64,000 nucleotides of DNA from Ignavibacteriales bacterium (GTDB taxonomy: Bacteria > Bacteroidota > Ignavibacteria > UBA10030): the NCBI GenBank assembly GCA_016186715.1, contig JACPLA010000074.1:6452-70451 (forward strand), read 5' to 3'. The notes beneath the pieces were generated by a model. It was not told the DNA's origin. It did not search any database and was given only the letters and a program-made list of their open reading frames with translations. Numbering within the stretch: the first letter of the stretch is position 1; each line of letters opens with the position of its first letter. Position numbers and translations under genes: made by a program. Shown here in pieces: positions 38,644-47,503 of the stretch.

Positions 38644-39540
38644 TCAGTGAATCCTCTTCCTCTTATTCAGATATTCAAAGAGCGCCTTATCAAAAGGCGT
38701 CCCGGTATCCAACAGGACATAGTCAATGTTGTTTTCGAGACACTCTCTCTTATACCCGTCCAAAAGCTGCCGAAGCGTCTGCTGGTATGCGCGCTGAATA
38801 TGCCATGGCTGCGTCATCAGCTCCTCGGCGGTTTCCATATCCCGGAACACGGCATCGGCGTCGAAGGCAAACGTGCGTTCAACCGGATCCAGGATTTGCA
38901 TCACGATCACTTCATGTCCCCGGTGCCGGAAATGCTTCAGGGCGGTCTTCACCTTCTCCGGTTCGTCAAAGAGATCGCTCAGTAAAATAATAAGACCTCG
39001 ACGTTTGATCTTCTCCGCCACCGTGTGAAGCGATTCCGCCGTCCCCGTTTGACGGCCGGCTTCCACTGTCTCCAGGGCCTTGAGCATCTGACGAAGGTAG
39101 AGTTTCGTTGCCCGGGGAGCCATGGAAATTCTGATTTCCTCATCGTAGACCGTCAAACCAACAGCATCACGCTGCTCCGTCATCAGATAGGCGAGTGAGG
39201 CAGCAACATACGAGGCATATTGAATCTTCTTGAGCCGGTCTCCCGACGCATAACCCATGGACGCGCTTGCATCAAGAATGACATGCGACTTAAGATTGGT
39301 TTCCTCCTCAAACTGCTTGATGAAATAGCGGCCGGTTTTAGCGTAGGCCTTCCAATCGATGTGTTTGATTTCGTCCCCCGGCATGTACGGACGATGTTCG
39401 GTGAACTCCACGCTGAATCCATGGTACGGACTCCTGTGAAGTCCCGTTATGAATCCCTCGACAACAAGACGTGCCCTGAGCTCCATATTTGCAAGCTGGG
39501 CAATAATTTCCGGCTGGAGGTATTTTGTTGATTCGTTCAT
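38644..39540 (-). CDS. DUF58 domain protein (vWA-like, MoxR-system associated family)
   Basis: GLHRSPYHGFSVEFTEHRPYMPGDEIKHIDWKAYAKT is the DUF58 hallmark. Start MNESTKY at 39540 is chosen because the longer ORF (to 39807) overlaps rsmB. Confidence 0.8.
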   Translation of the reverse strand: MNESTKYLQPEIIAQLANMELRARLVVEGFITGLHRSPYHGFSVEFTEHRPYMPGDEIKHIDWKAYAKTGRYFIKQFEEETNLKSHVILDASASMGYASGDRLKKIQYASYVAASLAYLMTEQRDAVGLTVYDEEIRISMAPRATKLYLRQMLKALETVEAGRQTGTAESLHTVAEKIKRRGLIILLSDLFDEPEKVKTALKHFRHRGHEVIVMQILDPVERTFAFDADAVFRDMETAEELMTQPWHIQRAYQQTLRQLLDGYKRECLENNIDYVLLDTGTPFDKALFEYLNKRKRIH

Positions 39541-39595
39541 GATGCAAAACCACGCAATAACCGGAACAACATTGAAATAATCGACTGCCTCGATG

Positions 39596-40921
39596 CTATT
39601 GGTCTCGTTTGACGAGCGTCGCGCAGAAAAACCCGTCGGTACCATGCCGATGGGGCAGGAGTTTGACAAAGGAACCGTCGACCGCATCTCCGATCCCCGC
39701 TTTTTCCGCACGCGGGCCGATGTCTTCCATCGAGAAATCGGAATGTGCGCCCAGGAATCTTTCCACGACATCTTCGTTCTCTTCACGGAACAGGGAGCAG
39801 GTTGCATACATCAGCGATCCTGCGGGTTTCACGAACTTCGTGTTTGAACTGAGAATACGCAGCTGTTTTTCGCGCAACTCATCGACGACTTTTTCTTCGA
39901 CGACCCATTTCAGCCCGGGGTTTCGCCTGATCGTCCCGACGCCGCTGCAAGGGGCGTCGACAAACACCGAATCAAAATACCCTTGAGTCCAGGGGTGCTT
40001 CGAAGCAAAATCTTCCACCAGTGAAACCCGCACGTTTGACGCTCCAGCTCTGCGGGCCCGTTTCCGCAACTCTTCGAGCCGAAACGCCTGAACGTCGGTC
40101 GCAAAGACTTCGCCTCTGTTCTTCATCAGGGCGGCTAACGCCAGAGATTTTCCACCGGCCCCGGCGCAGGCATCAAGAACCTTCCACGTCGGCTTCGGGT
40201 CGATGAGCAGCGGAAGAAGCTGACTCCCTTCGTCCTGAACCTCAAACCACCCATCTCGAAACGATTGCAGCGCAAAAATGTTGACGCGTTTCGGGACGGT
40301 CAAGCCTGCGGGCGAGAGCGACGTCTGGGTCGTCTCTATCCCTTCGGTCCTCAGTCTTCCTTGACATTCCTCAACGGTGGTTTTGAGAGTATTGACCCGC
40401 AAGGTCAACGGGGCGGACTGATTAAGGCTCTCGCAGAGTTTTCGTGTCTCGTTCAGACCGAACTGGGCCAGGAATCGTTCCATCATCCAATCAGGAAACG
40501 AATAACGGACAGCCAGAGGACCTTGTTCCTGCGCGTCCGGGATTGTGCTCCCGGAAAGCCGCAGAAGAATTTCCGGCAATCCTGATTTTACCGCGGCCGA
40601 TCGGATTTTCGCGGCCACCACTTCCGCCGTGAGATCTGTCCGATGCTCGTGATGAAACAAATAGGCGGTCACAGCCAACAGCGAACGATCATCCGCTTCG
40701 GCTCCATCAAAGCCCCGAAGAATCTGATCGACTCTGGTCTCGCAGGAGCGAAGGTGCCGGAGTGTGCCATAGGTTGTTTCGGCAATGAAGCGGCGGTCGT
40801 GAGATCCAAGGTACCTGCGGATGCGGAAATAGGAATCAATCACGCTGTCGGCGGGTTTGCGCGAGCTGCGAATGAGGCCGAATAGTTCCTGGGTGTGGCC
40901 GAGAAGTGAAGAGAGCTGCAT
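39596..40921 (-). CDS. rsmB: 16S rRNA (cytosine-C5)-methyltransferase RsmB/Sun family
   Basis: NusB-like N-domain plus SAM MTase motifs (DACAGAGGKS, VDAPCSGVGTIRRNP, YATCSL). Confidence 0.88.
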   Translation of the reverse strand: MQLSSLLGHTQELFGLIRSSRKPADSVIDSYFRIRRYLGSHDRRFIAETTYGTLRHLRSCETRVDQILRGFDGAEADDRSLLAVTAYLFHHEHRTDLTAEVVAAKIRSAAVKSGLPEILLRLSGSTIPDAQEQGPLAVRYSFPDWMMERFLAQFGLNETRKLCESLNQSAPLTLRVNTLKTTVEECQGRLRTEGIETTQTSLSPAGLTVPKRVNIFALQSFRDGWFEVQDEGSQLLPLLIDPKPTWKVLDACAGAGGKSLALAALMKNRGEVFATDVQAFRLEELRKRARRAGASNVRVSLVEDFASKHPWTQGYFDSVFVDAPCSGVGTIRRNPGLKWVVEEKVVDELREKQLRILSSNTKFVKPAGSLMYATCSLFREENEDVVERFLGAHSDFSMEDIGPRAEKAGIGDAVDGSFVKLLPHRHGTDGFFCATLVKRDQ

Positions 40922-41040
40922 AACAAGGTAAGATACGGAGAATGAGGAAGGAGAACAACCGAAAAGAACAGTCTTGACGACCGCGGACCACTGAATCGTC
41001 GCATCTCAGCCGATGACCTCCCCCCGTCATCGAAACAATC

Positions 41041-43674
41041 CTACGCGACCTCCGCCCGCACCTTGGTGACAAACTCCACCATCCCCCGGTTATCCAGACC
41101 GAGAGAAACTGAATCCCCCTCAGCAACATCCCCGGAGAGGATTCGTTCGGAAAAAGGATTTACGACGTATTTCTGGATGACTCGCTTGAGCGGCCGCGCA
41201 CCAAACGCAGGTTCATACCCCACCTTTCCCAGCCACGAAACAAACTCGGATGAAAATTCCAGGGTGATATTTTTTGCGGCGGCCGTTTTCGCCACATGCC
41301 TCAGCTGGAGTTCGACAATCTTCTGAATGTCGGCGGGAGTCAGAGGCTTGAAGAGAATGATTTCATCAATCCTGTTGAAAAACTCCGGACGAATCGTTTG
41401 TCTCAACATGTCAAACAAGGTGACGCGCAACTCGCCCATCAGTTCGTCCCGATTGCTCTCGGTGATCGAACTCAATTTCTCCTGAATCAGATGGGATCCC
41501 AGATTCGAAGTCATGATGACGATGGTGTTCTTGAAATTCACCGTTCGGCCTTTGCTGTCGGTCAACCTTCCCTCATCCAGCAGTTGCAAGAGAACATTGA
41601 AGACTTCGGGGTGCGCTTTCTCGATTTCATCCAGGAGGACGACGGAATACGGCCTTCTCCTGACAGCTTCTGTCAGCTGGCCGCCTTCCTCATATCCAAC
41701 ATAGCCAGGAGGCGCTCCTATCAGGCGTGAAACGGAGAATTTCTCCATATATTCGCTCATATCGATGCGAACCATTGCATTCTCATTGTTGAAGAGGAAC
41801 TCAGCCAGGGCGCGTGCGAACTCCGTTTTTCCAACCCCCGTGCTCCCGAGAAAAATGAACGAACCAATCGGCCGTTTTTCATCCTGCATCCCGGCCCTGC
41901 TTCGCCGGATCGCATTTGCCACCGCCTTGACTGCATCTTCCTGGTTGACCAGCCGCTCATGGATCCGGTCCTCCAGATTCAGAAGCCTTGTTCGTTCGCT
42001 CTCCAGCATCCGCATCACTGGAATACCGGTCCATTTTGCCACGATCTCGGCAATATCCTCTGCGTCCACTTCTTCCTTCAACATCTTTCGGTCTTTTTGA
42101 ACCTCCGCAAGCTTCGCTGCCGCCTCTTTAAGCTTCTTTTCAAGCTGGGCGACCACACCATACCGAAGTTCCGCTACACGCCCAAGATCTCCCTGACGTT
42201 CCTTTTGTTCCGCCTCTGTCTTGGCCTGCTCTATCTCTTCTTTCATCCGTCGGATAGCCTGAATGAGGTCTTTCTCGAGTTGCCAGTGAGCCTTCAGTTC
42301 TGATCGTACCTGGTTCAATTCGGCCAGTTGTTTTTCAATGTCGGCCAAACGTGTTCTGGAATCCTCGTCTTTCTCCCGTTTGACCGCTTCCCGTTCGATC
42401 TCCAGTTGTTTGATCCTCCGTTCGATCCCGTCCAACTCCTCGGGCATGGAGTCGATTTCGATCCGCAGCTTCGAGGCCGCCTCGTCGACAAGATCGATGG
42501 CCTTGTCCGGCAGGAACCGGTCGGCTATGTAACGGTGGCCGAGCTGTGCGGCGGCTACGATGGCTCCATCCTTGATCCGCACTCCATGGTGAACTTCGTA
42601 CCGATCCTTGAGACCTCGGAGTATCGAGATCGTATCGTGGACGTCTGGTTCGTCGATGAGAACAGGCTGGAAACGGCGCTCAAGTGCCGGGTCTTTTTCG
42701 ATGCGCTTTCGGTATTCATCGATAGTAGTGGCTCCAATGGCACGGAGATCTCCCCGCGCCAGTGCCGGCTTCAACATGTTCGCGGCGTCCACCGCCCCCT
42801 GGGCGGCTCCTGCCCCGACCAGAGTGTGCAGTTCGTCGATAAAGAGAATGATTTCCCCGTTTGAGTCAGTTACTTCCTTGAGAACCGCCTTCAAACGCTC
42901 CTCGAATTGCCCGCGGAAACTCGTACCGGCGACAAGCGTTCCCATATCGAGCGCCATGATCCGCTTGGTCCTGAGATTCTCCGGTACGTCGCCCTGAACG
43001 ATCCGTTGGGCGATTCCTTCAGCGATTGCGGTTTTTCCAACCCCGGGATCCCCTATCAGCACAGGATTGTTCTTCGTCCGACGAGAGAGAACTTGCAAGA
43101 CACGGCGGATTTCGTCTTCACGTCCGATGACGGGATCAAGTTTCCCTTTTCGTGCAAGATCATTCAGATTACGACCGAACCGCTCGAGGGCTTGAAATTT
43201 TTCCTCCGGTGTCTGATCAATTACACGATGAGTTCCACGAATCGTTTTGAGGGCTTTGTAGATCCCTTCTTTCGTCACGCCCTGATCCTTCAGTAGTCTT
43301 GAGGCCTCAGAAGATTTCAACGCGGCCAATCCGAGCAGAAGATGCTCGGTGCTGACATACTCATCTTTGAGTTGTCCGGCCTCTTTTTGCGCTGTTTCGA
43401 ACACGCTACCCAGAGAAGAGGAAATGTGTTGATTCCCCAGACCGCCTTCTTGCACTTTGGGCAACTTTTCGATCGTTTCATTGATTTTGATTTTCAGGTA
43501 GTTCAGATTTGCACCCATCTTCTGCAGGATAGGTGTAACAATTCCTTCGCTGTCCTGAATCAGAGCCGCCAGAAGGTGCTCGGGTTCAATGATCTGGTTG
43601 TTGGAGCTGGAAGCAATCTCCTGAGCGTTCTGGACAGCATCCTGTGATTTGATTGTGAATTTGTTGAAGTTCAT
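41041..43674 (-). CDS. clpB: ATP-dependent chaperone ClpB
   Basis: 877 aa. Clp N repeats, two AAA+ modules ([18 protein letters not shown]), a long middle coiled coil, [10 protein letters not shown]. Confidence 0.97.
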   Translation of the reverse strand: MNFNKFTIKSQDAVQNAQEIASSSNNQIIEPEHLLAALIQDSEGIVTPILQKMGANLNYLKIKINETIEKLPKVQEGGLGNQHISSSLGSVFETAQKEAGQLKDEYVSTEHLLLGLAALKSSEASRLLKDQGVTKEGIYKALKTIRGTHRVIDQTPEEKFQALERFGRNLNDLARKGKLDPVIGREDEIRRVLQVLSRRTKNNPVLIGDPGVGKTAIAEGIAQRIVQGDVPENLRTKRIMALDMGTLVAGTSFRGQFEERLKAVLKEVTDSNGEIILFIDELHTLVGAGAAQGAVDAANMLKPALARGDLRAIGATTIDEYRKRIEKDPALERRFQPVLIDEPDVHDTISILRGLKDRYEVHHGVRIKDGAIVAAAQLGHRYIADRFLPDKAIDLVDEAASKLRIEIDSMPEELDGIERRIKQLEIEREAVKREKDEDSRTRLADIEKQLAELNQVRSELKAHWQLEKDLIQAIRRMKEEIEQAKTEAEQKERQGDLGRVAELRYGVVAQLEKKLKEAAAKLAEVQKDRKMLKEEVDAEDIAEIVAKWTGIPVMRMLESERTRLLNLEDRIHERLVNQEDAVKAVANAIRRSRAGMQDEKRPIGSFIFLGSTGVGKTEFARALAEFLFNNENAMVRIDMSEYMEKFSVSRLIGAPPGYVGYEEGGQLTEAVRRRPYSVVLLDEIEKAHPEVFNVLLQLLDEGRLTDSKGRTVNFKNTIVIMTSNLGSHLIQEKLSSITESNRDELMGELRVTLFDMLRQTIRPEFFNRIDEIILFKPLTPADIQKIVELQLRHVAKTAAAKNITLEFSSEFVSWLGKVGYEPAFGARPLKRVIQKYVVNPFSERILSGDVAEGDSVSLGLDNRGMVEFVTKVRAEVA

Positions 43675-43728
43675 GATTCTTGGTTCGCTTGATGCTTCGA
43701 CTTGTTGACCCCAAATTTATAAGGGCAA

Positions 43729-43751
43729 AAGGCGAGGGGGTGCCTCGCCTT
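43729..43751 (-). terminator. hairpin between dnaK and clpB
   Basis: Minus strand reads AAGGCGAGG-CACCC-CCTCGCCTT followed by TTGCCCTT. The 9-bp stem is perfect but the U-tract is weak. Confidence 0.4.
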
Positions 43752-43785
43752 CTGTTCGCTGATCCTTCGAGCGACCCCCTTCAGA

Positions 43786-45735
43786 TTAGTTTGAATCCGG
43801 CTTCTTTTTTTCTTCTTTCTCATCAACGATTTCGAAGTCGGCATTCTCCACTTTCTTGCCGGATTCATCCTTTGCCTGTTCGCCGGCCTGCGGCCCGGGA
43901 CCCGGCTGACCCTGGGATCCCTTCGCGGATTCGTACATCTTCGTCGAGGCCTCATTCCAGGCGTCGCTCAGTGCTTCCATCTTCGTTTTGATGTCAGCTG
44001 TATTCCCGCCTTTGATTGCCTCCTCCAACGCGTTGGCAGCGTTTTCGACTTTTGCCTTCACCATGTCATCCATTTTGCCGCCAAGGTCCTTCAACTGCTT
44101 GCGGGTCTGAAACGCCAGGTTGTCTGCCTGGTTTTTGGTTTCGATTTCCTCTTTCCGCTTCTTGTCTTCCGACGCATGGGCCTGCGCATCGGTTTTCATC
44201 TTCTCGATCTCCTCCTTGCTCAACCCGCTTGAGGAGGTGATGCGGATCGACTGTTCCTTGTTTGTCGCTTTATCTTTTGCGGAGACGTGGAGAATACCGT
44301 TGGCGTCAATGTCAAAAGTTACCTCGATTTGAGGAACCCCGCGGGGCGCCGGTGGAATTCCGTCGAGATGGAACCTGCCGAGGGTCCGGTTGTCCAGAGC
44401 CATCGGGCGCTCTCCCTGCAAAATATGAATCTCGACCGAAGGTTGGTTGTCCGAAGCGGTCGAAAAGATTTCACTCTTGCGTGTTGGAATCGTCGTATTC
44501 GCCTGGATCATCTGGGTCATCACACCGCCCAGCGTTTCAATTCCCAACGTCAAGGGCGTTACGTCGAGTAGGAGAACGTCGGTCACGTCGCCGGCCAGGA
44601 CGCCACCCTGGATTGCCGCTCCGACGGCCACCACCTCGTCAGGATTCACTCCCTTGTGGCCTTCGCGTGCAAACATATCCTTAACAAGCTTCTGAACCCG
44701 TGGTACCCGGGTCATTCCGCCGACGAGGATGACTTCGTCGATGTCGCGAGGGTTCAACCCCGCGTCTTTCATGGCCTTCTCCACCGGAGCGACACAACGT
44801 TGGACGAGATCTTCCACAAGCGATTCGAATTTCGCCCGGGTGATGGTCATGTTCAGGTGTTTCGGCCCGTCGGCAGTCGCCGTAATAAACGGCAGATTGA
44901 CTTCCGTTTGCATCAGCTGGGACAGTTCTATCTTTGCCTTTTCAGCGGCTTCGCGCAGCCGCTGAAGGGCCATCGGATCTTTCCGCAAATCAATGCCTTC
45001 CTGCTTCTTGAACTCATCGGCGAGTGAGTCGATCAAGCGCTGGTCGAAGTTGTCTCCGCCCAGGTGTGTGTCGCCGTTGGTCGATTTGACCTCAAAGACA
45101 CCGTCGCCCAGTTCAAGGATCGAGATGTCAAATGTACCGCCTCCCAGGTCGAAGACTGCAACTTTCGCGTCCTTGCTCTTCTTGTCAAGCCCGTACGCAA
45201 GCGCTGCCGCTGTCGGCTCATTGATGATCCGGCGGACATTCAGCCCGGCGATCTCCCCCGCCTCTTTTGTTGCCTGCCGTTGGGCGTCGTTGAAATAAGC
45301 CGGAACGGTAATGACGGCATCTGTCACCTTGGTTCCCAGATAATCCTCAGCGGTCTGCTTCATTTTCTGGAGAATCATCGCTGAGATTTCCGGGGGGGAA
45401 TAGACCCGGTCTCCTATCTGGACGCGGGCGGTATTGTTCTCGCCTTTGACAACCTTGTAAGGAACCAGCTTGTTTTCCTCGGTCACCTCGTCAAAGAAAC
45501 GACCCATGAACCGCTTGATGGAATAGACCGTGTTTTGCGAGTTGGTCACAGCCTGACGTTTCGCAGCCGCCCCCACGAGCCGTTCACCCGACTTGGTGAA
45601 ACCGACCACCGACGGCGTTGTGCGGGCTCCCTCTGTATTTGCTATGACCGTTGGGTCATTTCCCTCCATCACCGCAACGACAGAGTTGGTCGTCCCAAGA
45701 TCGATTCCAATAATCTTACTTCCCTTGCTTGTCAT
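43786..45735 (-). CDS. dnaK: molecular chaperone DnaK (Hsp70)
   Basis: Start [18 protein letters not shown] at 45735 with AAGGAG upstream. [19 protein letters not shown]. The ORF-track extension to 45855 runs through a terminator. Confidence 0.97.
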   Translation of the reverse strand: MTSKGSKIIGIDLGTTNSVVAVMEGNDPTVIANTEGARTTPSVVGFTKSGERLVGAAAKRQAVTNSQNTVYSIKRFMGRFFDEVTEENKLVPYKVVKGENNTARVQIGDRVYSPPEISAMILQKMKQTAEDYLGTKVTDAVITVPAYFNDAQRQATKEAGEIAGLNVRRIINEPTAAALAYGLDKKSKDAKVAVFDLGGGTFDISILELGDGVFEVKSTNGDTHLGGDNFDQRLIDSLADEFKKQEGIDLRKDPMALQRLREAAEKAKIELSQLMQTEVNLPFITATADGPKHLNMTITRAKFESLVEDLVQRCVAPVEKAMKDAGLNPRDIDEVILVGGMTRVPRVQKLVKDMFAREGHKGVNPDEVVAVGAAIQGGVLAGDVTDVLLLDVTPLTLGIETLGGVMTQMIQANTTIPTRKSEIFSTASDNQPSVEIHILQGERPMALDNRTLGRFHLDGIPPAPRGVPQIEVTFDIDANGILHVSAKDKATNKEQSIRITSSSGLSKEEIEKMKTDAQAHASEDKKRKEEIETKNQADNLAFQTRKQLKDLGGKMDDMVKAKVENAANALEEAIKGGNTADIKTKMEALSDAWNEASTKMYESAKGSQGQPGPGPQAGEQAKDESGKKVENADFEIVDEKEEKKKPDSN

Positions 45736-45794
45736 TGGTAAGCACTCCTTACGTATGAATGAAACGGCATTTCGCCGCCGCGTTATTCCATCGC

Positions 45795-45831
45795 AAAAAA
45801 GCGGTCGAGTCCGCCCACCGCGGACCCGACC
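45795..45831 (-). terminator. intrinsic terminator after the hsp20 genes
   Basis: Minus strand has a 12-bp stem GGTCGGGTCCGC / GCGGACTCGACC (one G.U pair), loop GGTGG, then GCTTTTTTG. Confidence 0.7.
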
Positions 45832-45885
45832 TTGGTGATGGATGTCGTGGTGCAACAGCCGGGTTCCTCGGGAACCATCCGGCCA

Positions 45886-46338
45886 TTACTTCACCTTGAC
45901 TTCGATCTGTTTCGGCTTGGCTTCCTCCAACTTCGGAAGCGTGATCGTCAAGATGCCATCTTTGTAGGACGCATCAATATTGTCGTTTTTGACAGTTGTC
46001 GGAAGGGTGAAGGAGCGTTGGAACGAGCCGTACGACCTCTCCATGCGCTGATAGTTCTCTTCCTTCACATCCTTTTCCTGTTTCCTCTCGCCGCGAATCG
46101 TGAGAACGTTCGACTCCAGTATAATCTTGACATCTTCCTTGCTGATACCGGGAAGCTCCACTCTCACAACATATTCATTCTCGTGCTCCACGATATCGAC
46201 TGCCGGGGTCCAGACGCCAAGCCCGAAGTCTTCATCCTGAATACCTCCGCGGAAGAAGCTGTCAAACAAACGATTGATTTCCCGCTGCATGTTCCACCTT
46301 TCGGTTTCGCGGGCAGGATTCCATCGGATCAGAGACAT
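45886..46338 (-). CDS. Hsp20/alpha-crystallin family small heat-shock protein
   Basis: WTPAVDIVEHENEYVVRVELPGISKEDVKI, ASYKDGILTITLPK. AAGGAGG-type RBS. Confidence 0.9.
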   Translation of the reverse strand: MSLIRWNPARETERWNMQREINRLFDSFFRGGIQDEDFGLGVWTPAVDIVEHENEYVVRVELPGISKEDVKIILESNVLTIRGERKQEKDVKEENYQRMERSYGSFQRSFTLPTTVKNDNIDASYKDGILTITLPKLEEAKPKQIEVKVK

Positions 46339-46353
46339 GGTTCTACCCTCCTT

Positions 46354-46752
46354 TCATTGAATCGGTATTTCTTTGAGCTTCATCTCGTCGTTTTTGGGAA
46401 TTGTCATTGTCAAAACCCCATCCTCGAATTCAGCCTGAATTCGGGTGTGATCAAGTCCCCTTGTCAGGTTGAAAACCCTATAATACGCTTTGGTAACAGT
46501 CTCGCTCACCAAGGTTCTTGCCGGGTCCGTGTGGTACTTCTCCACCGGTCCTTTCACTGTGATCAGCATAGGTTCCGCGCTGACGACAAGGGATTCCTTC
46601 TTGGCTCCGGGCATGTCAAGTCTCACAACAAACGCATCGGAAGTTTCAAAGATGTCGGCGACCGGCGTCAAGTACTCTTCCCGTGGTTCTCTGTGTCTCA
46701 CCAAAGCGCTGGTCCCCCGTCGGGTGAGCGCTCCTTCGTTGTTTTTCCTCAT
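46354..46752 (-). CDS. Hsp20/alpha-crystallin family small heat-shock protein (divergent)
   Basis: TPVADIFETSDAFVVRLDMPGAKKESL, AEFEDGVLTMTIPK. AAGGAGG RBS. Confidence 0.85.
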   Translation of the reverse strand: MRKNNEGALTRRGTSALVRHREPREEYLTPVADIFETSDAFVVRLDMPGAKKESLVVSAEPMLITVKGPVEKYHTDPARTLVSETVTKAYYRVFNLTRGLDHTRIQAEFEDGVLTMTIPKNDEMKLKEIPIQ

Positions 46753-46770
46753 GATGTCAGCCTCCTTGGC

Positions 46771-47193
46771 TTACGTGACCGTAATCTGCCGGGGCCGGGC
46801 ATGCTCCGCTTTCGGCAGTTGCACGCGCAACACACCGTCTTTCAGCTCCGCGGCAATGCGAGTCTGATCAACGTCTTTTGGGAGTTCAAACGAACGGGTG
46901 AACGAACGGGTGGGGGTTTCATGCCGCACGACCCGTATCCCTTCCGGGAATCCGTACTGTTTTCTCTCGCCGGAGAGCGTGAGGGTACCGTCCTCAACGG
47001 AAACCTTGAGATCCTCTCTCTTCACTCCGGGAAGTTCTGCAACGATCTCGTACTTCGAATCATGCTCAGCAACATCGACAGCTGGAAGACCTGCTCGAAG
47101 CACGCCGTTGGAAATATCGAACCCTGAAAACATGTCCGTCAGGTCCCGGTCGAAAAACATTGAGTCGATCAACGGTGAAAATCGCACATACAT
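46771..47193 (-). CDS. Hsp20/alpha-crystallin family small heat-shock protein
   Basis: LPAVDVAEHDSKYEIVAELPGVKREDLKV, AELKDGVLRVQLPK. The second ATG (47193) is preferred because AAGGAGG lies 7 nt upstream of it; the ORF-track start at 47214 contains that RBS. Confidence 0.88.
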   Translation of the reverse strand: MYVRFSPLIDSMFFDRDLTDMFSGFDISNGVLRAGLPAVDVAEHDSKYEIVAELPGVKREDLKVSVEDGTLTLSGERKQYGFPEGIRVVRHETPTRSFTRSFELPKDVDQTRIAAELKDGVLRVQLPKAEHARPRQITVT

Positions 47194-47253
47194 GACTTCA
47201 ACCTCCTTTTTCATTATTTAACAAAGCTGGAAGGATCAAATCCTATAGCACAG

Positions 47254-47271
47254 AACCAAACGCTGTGCCAG
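47254..47271 (-). promoter_or_regulatory. sigma-54-like -24/-12 element upstream of the hsp20 operon
   Basis: Minus strand reads CTGGCAC-AGCGT-TTGGTT. The -24 TGGCAC is perfect and the spacing is correct, but the -12 reads TTGG instead of TTGC. It lies about 60 nt upstream of ATG 47193. Confidence 0.25.
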
Positions 47272-47362
47272 TATCAGGACAAATTCGAAGAAGTGACATA
47301 AGCAGTTCAAAACAAAAGACTTACGACATAAAAACCACGTCGCTGATTTTCGCATCGACTTG

Positions 47363-47427
47363 AGTCAACTATGTCATCATGTCAGGTGAATGCAGTCAAA
47401 AATGTCAATAAAACTGGCAATTTGTCA
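47363..47427. repeat. cluster of (A/T)GTCA pentamers in an AT-rich divergent promoter region
   Basis: AGTCA 47363, ATGTCA 47371, ATGTCA 47379, AGTCA 47394, ATGTCA 47402, TTGTCA 47422. Confidence 0.5.
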
Positions 47428-47503
47428 TCAACATCTGCCAAAATTTCGATGTAAAGTTCTTTTTGCGCAAGCTTGCTTTTAAGGGACATTTTGAATATCG
47501 TGC

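Noticed and set aside
39541-39807. N-terminal extensions suggested by the ORF track. Examples: DUF58 to 39807, dnaK to 45855, coaX from 49940, birA from 49057, nuoN to 53278, sigma54 RR to 23178, nif3 from 24646, the Grx-like gene from 5870 and the nucleotidyltransferase from 489.
   Set aside because: The extensions overlap neighbouring genes or terminators and lack homology. Internal starts coincide with the canonical family N-termini and, where visible, with AAGGAG-type ribosome-binding sites.
45739-45747. Minus-strand GAGTGCTTA just upstream of dnaK, matching 8 of 9 positions of the right half of the CIRCE element (GAGTGCTAA).
   Set aside because: No matching left half (TTAGCACTC) lies 9 nt upstream; only 5 of 9 positions match and there is no inverted symmetry. 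The match overlaps the AAGGAG ribosome-binding site and is likely coincidental.
45832-47127. Long antisense ORFs: 431 aa opposite the three hsp20 genes. Similar cases are 9681..11141 opposite the carboxyltransferase, 53658..54860 opposite nuoM, 3384..4475 opposite hisS and 8094..9029 opposite the sigma54 regulator.
   Set aside because: Each lies fully opposite a gene with unmistakable family signatures. The translations are low-complexity and Arg/Pro/Ser/His-rich with no recognisable domains. These are typical shadow ORFs of GC-rich coding DNA.
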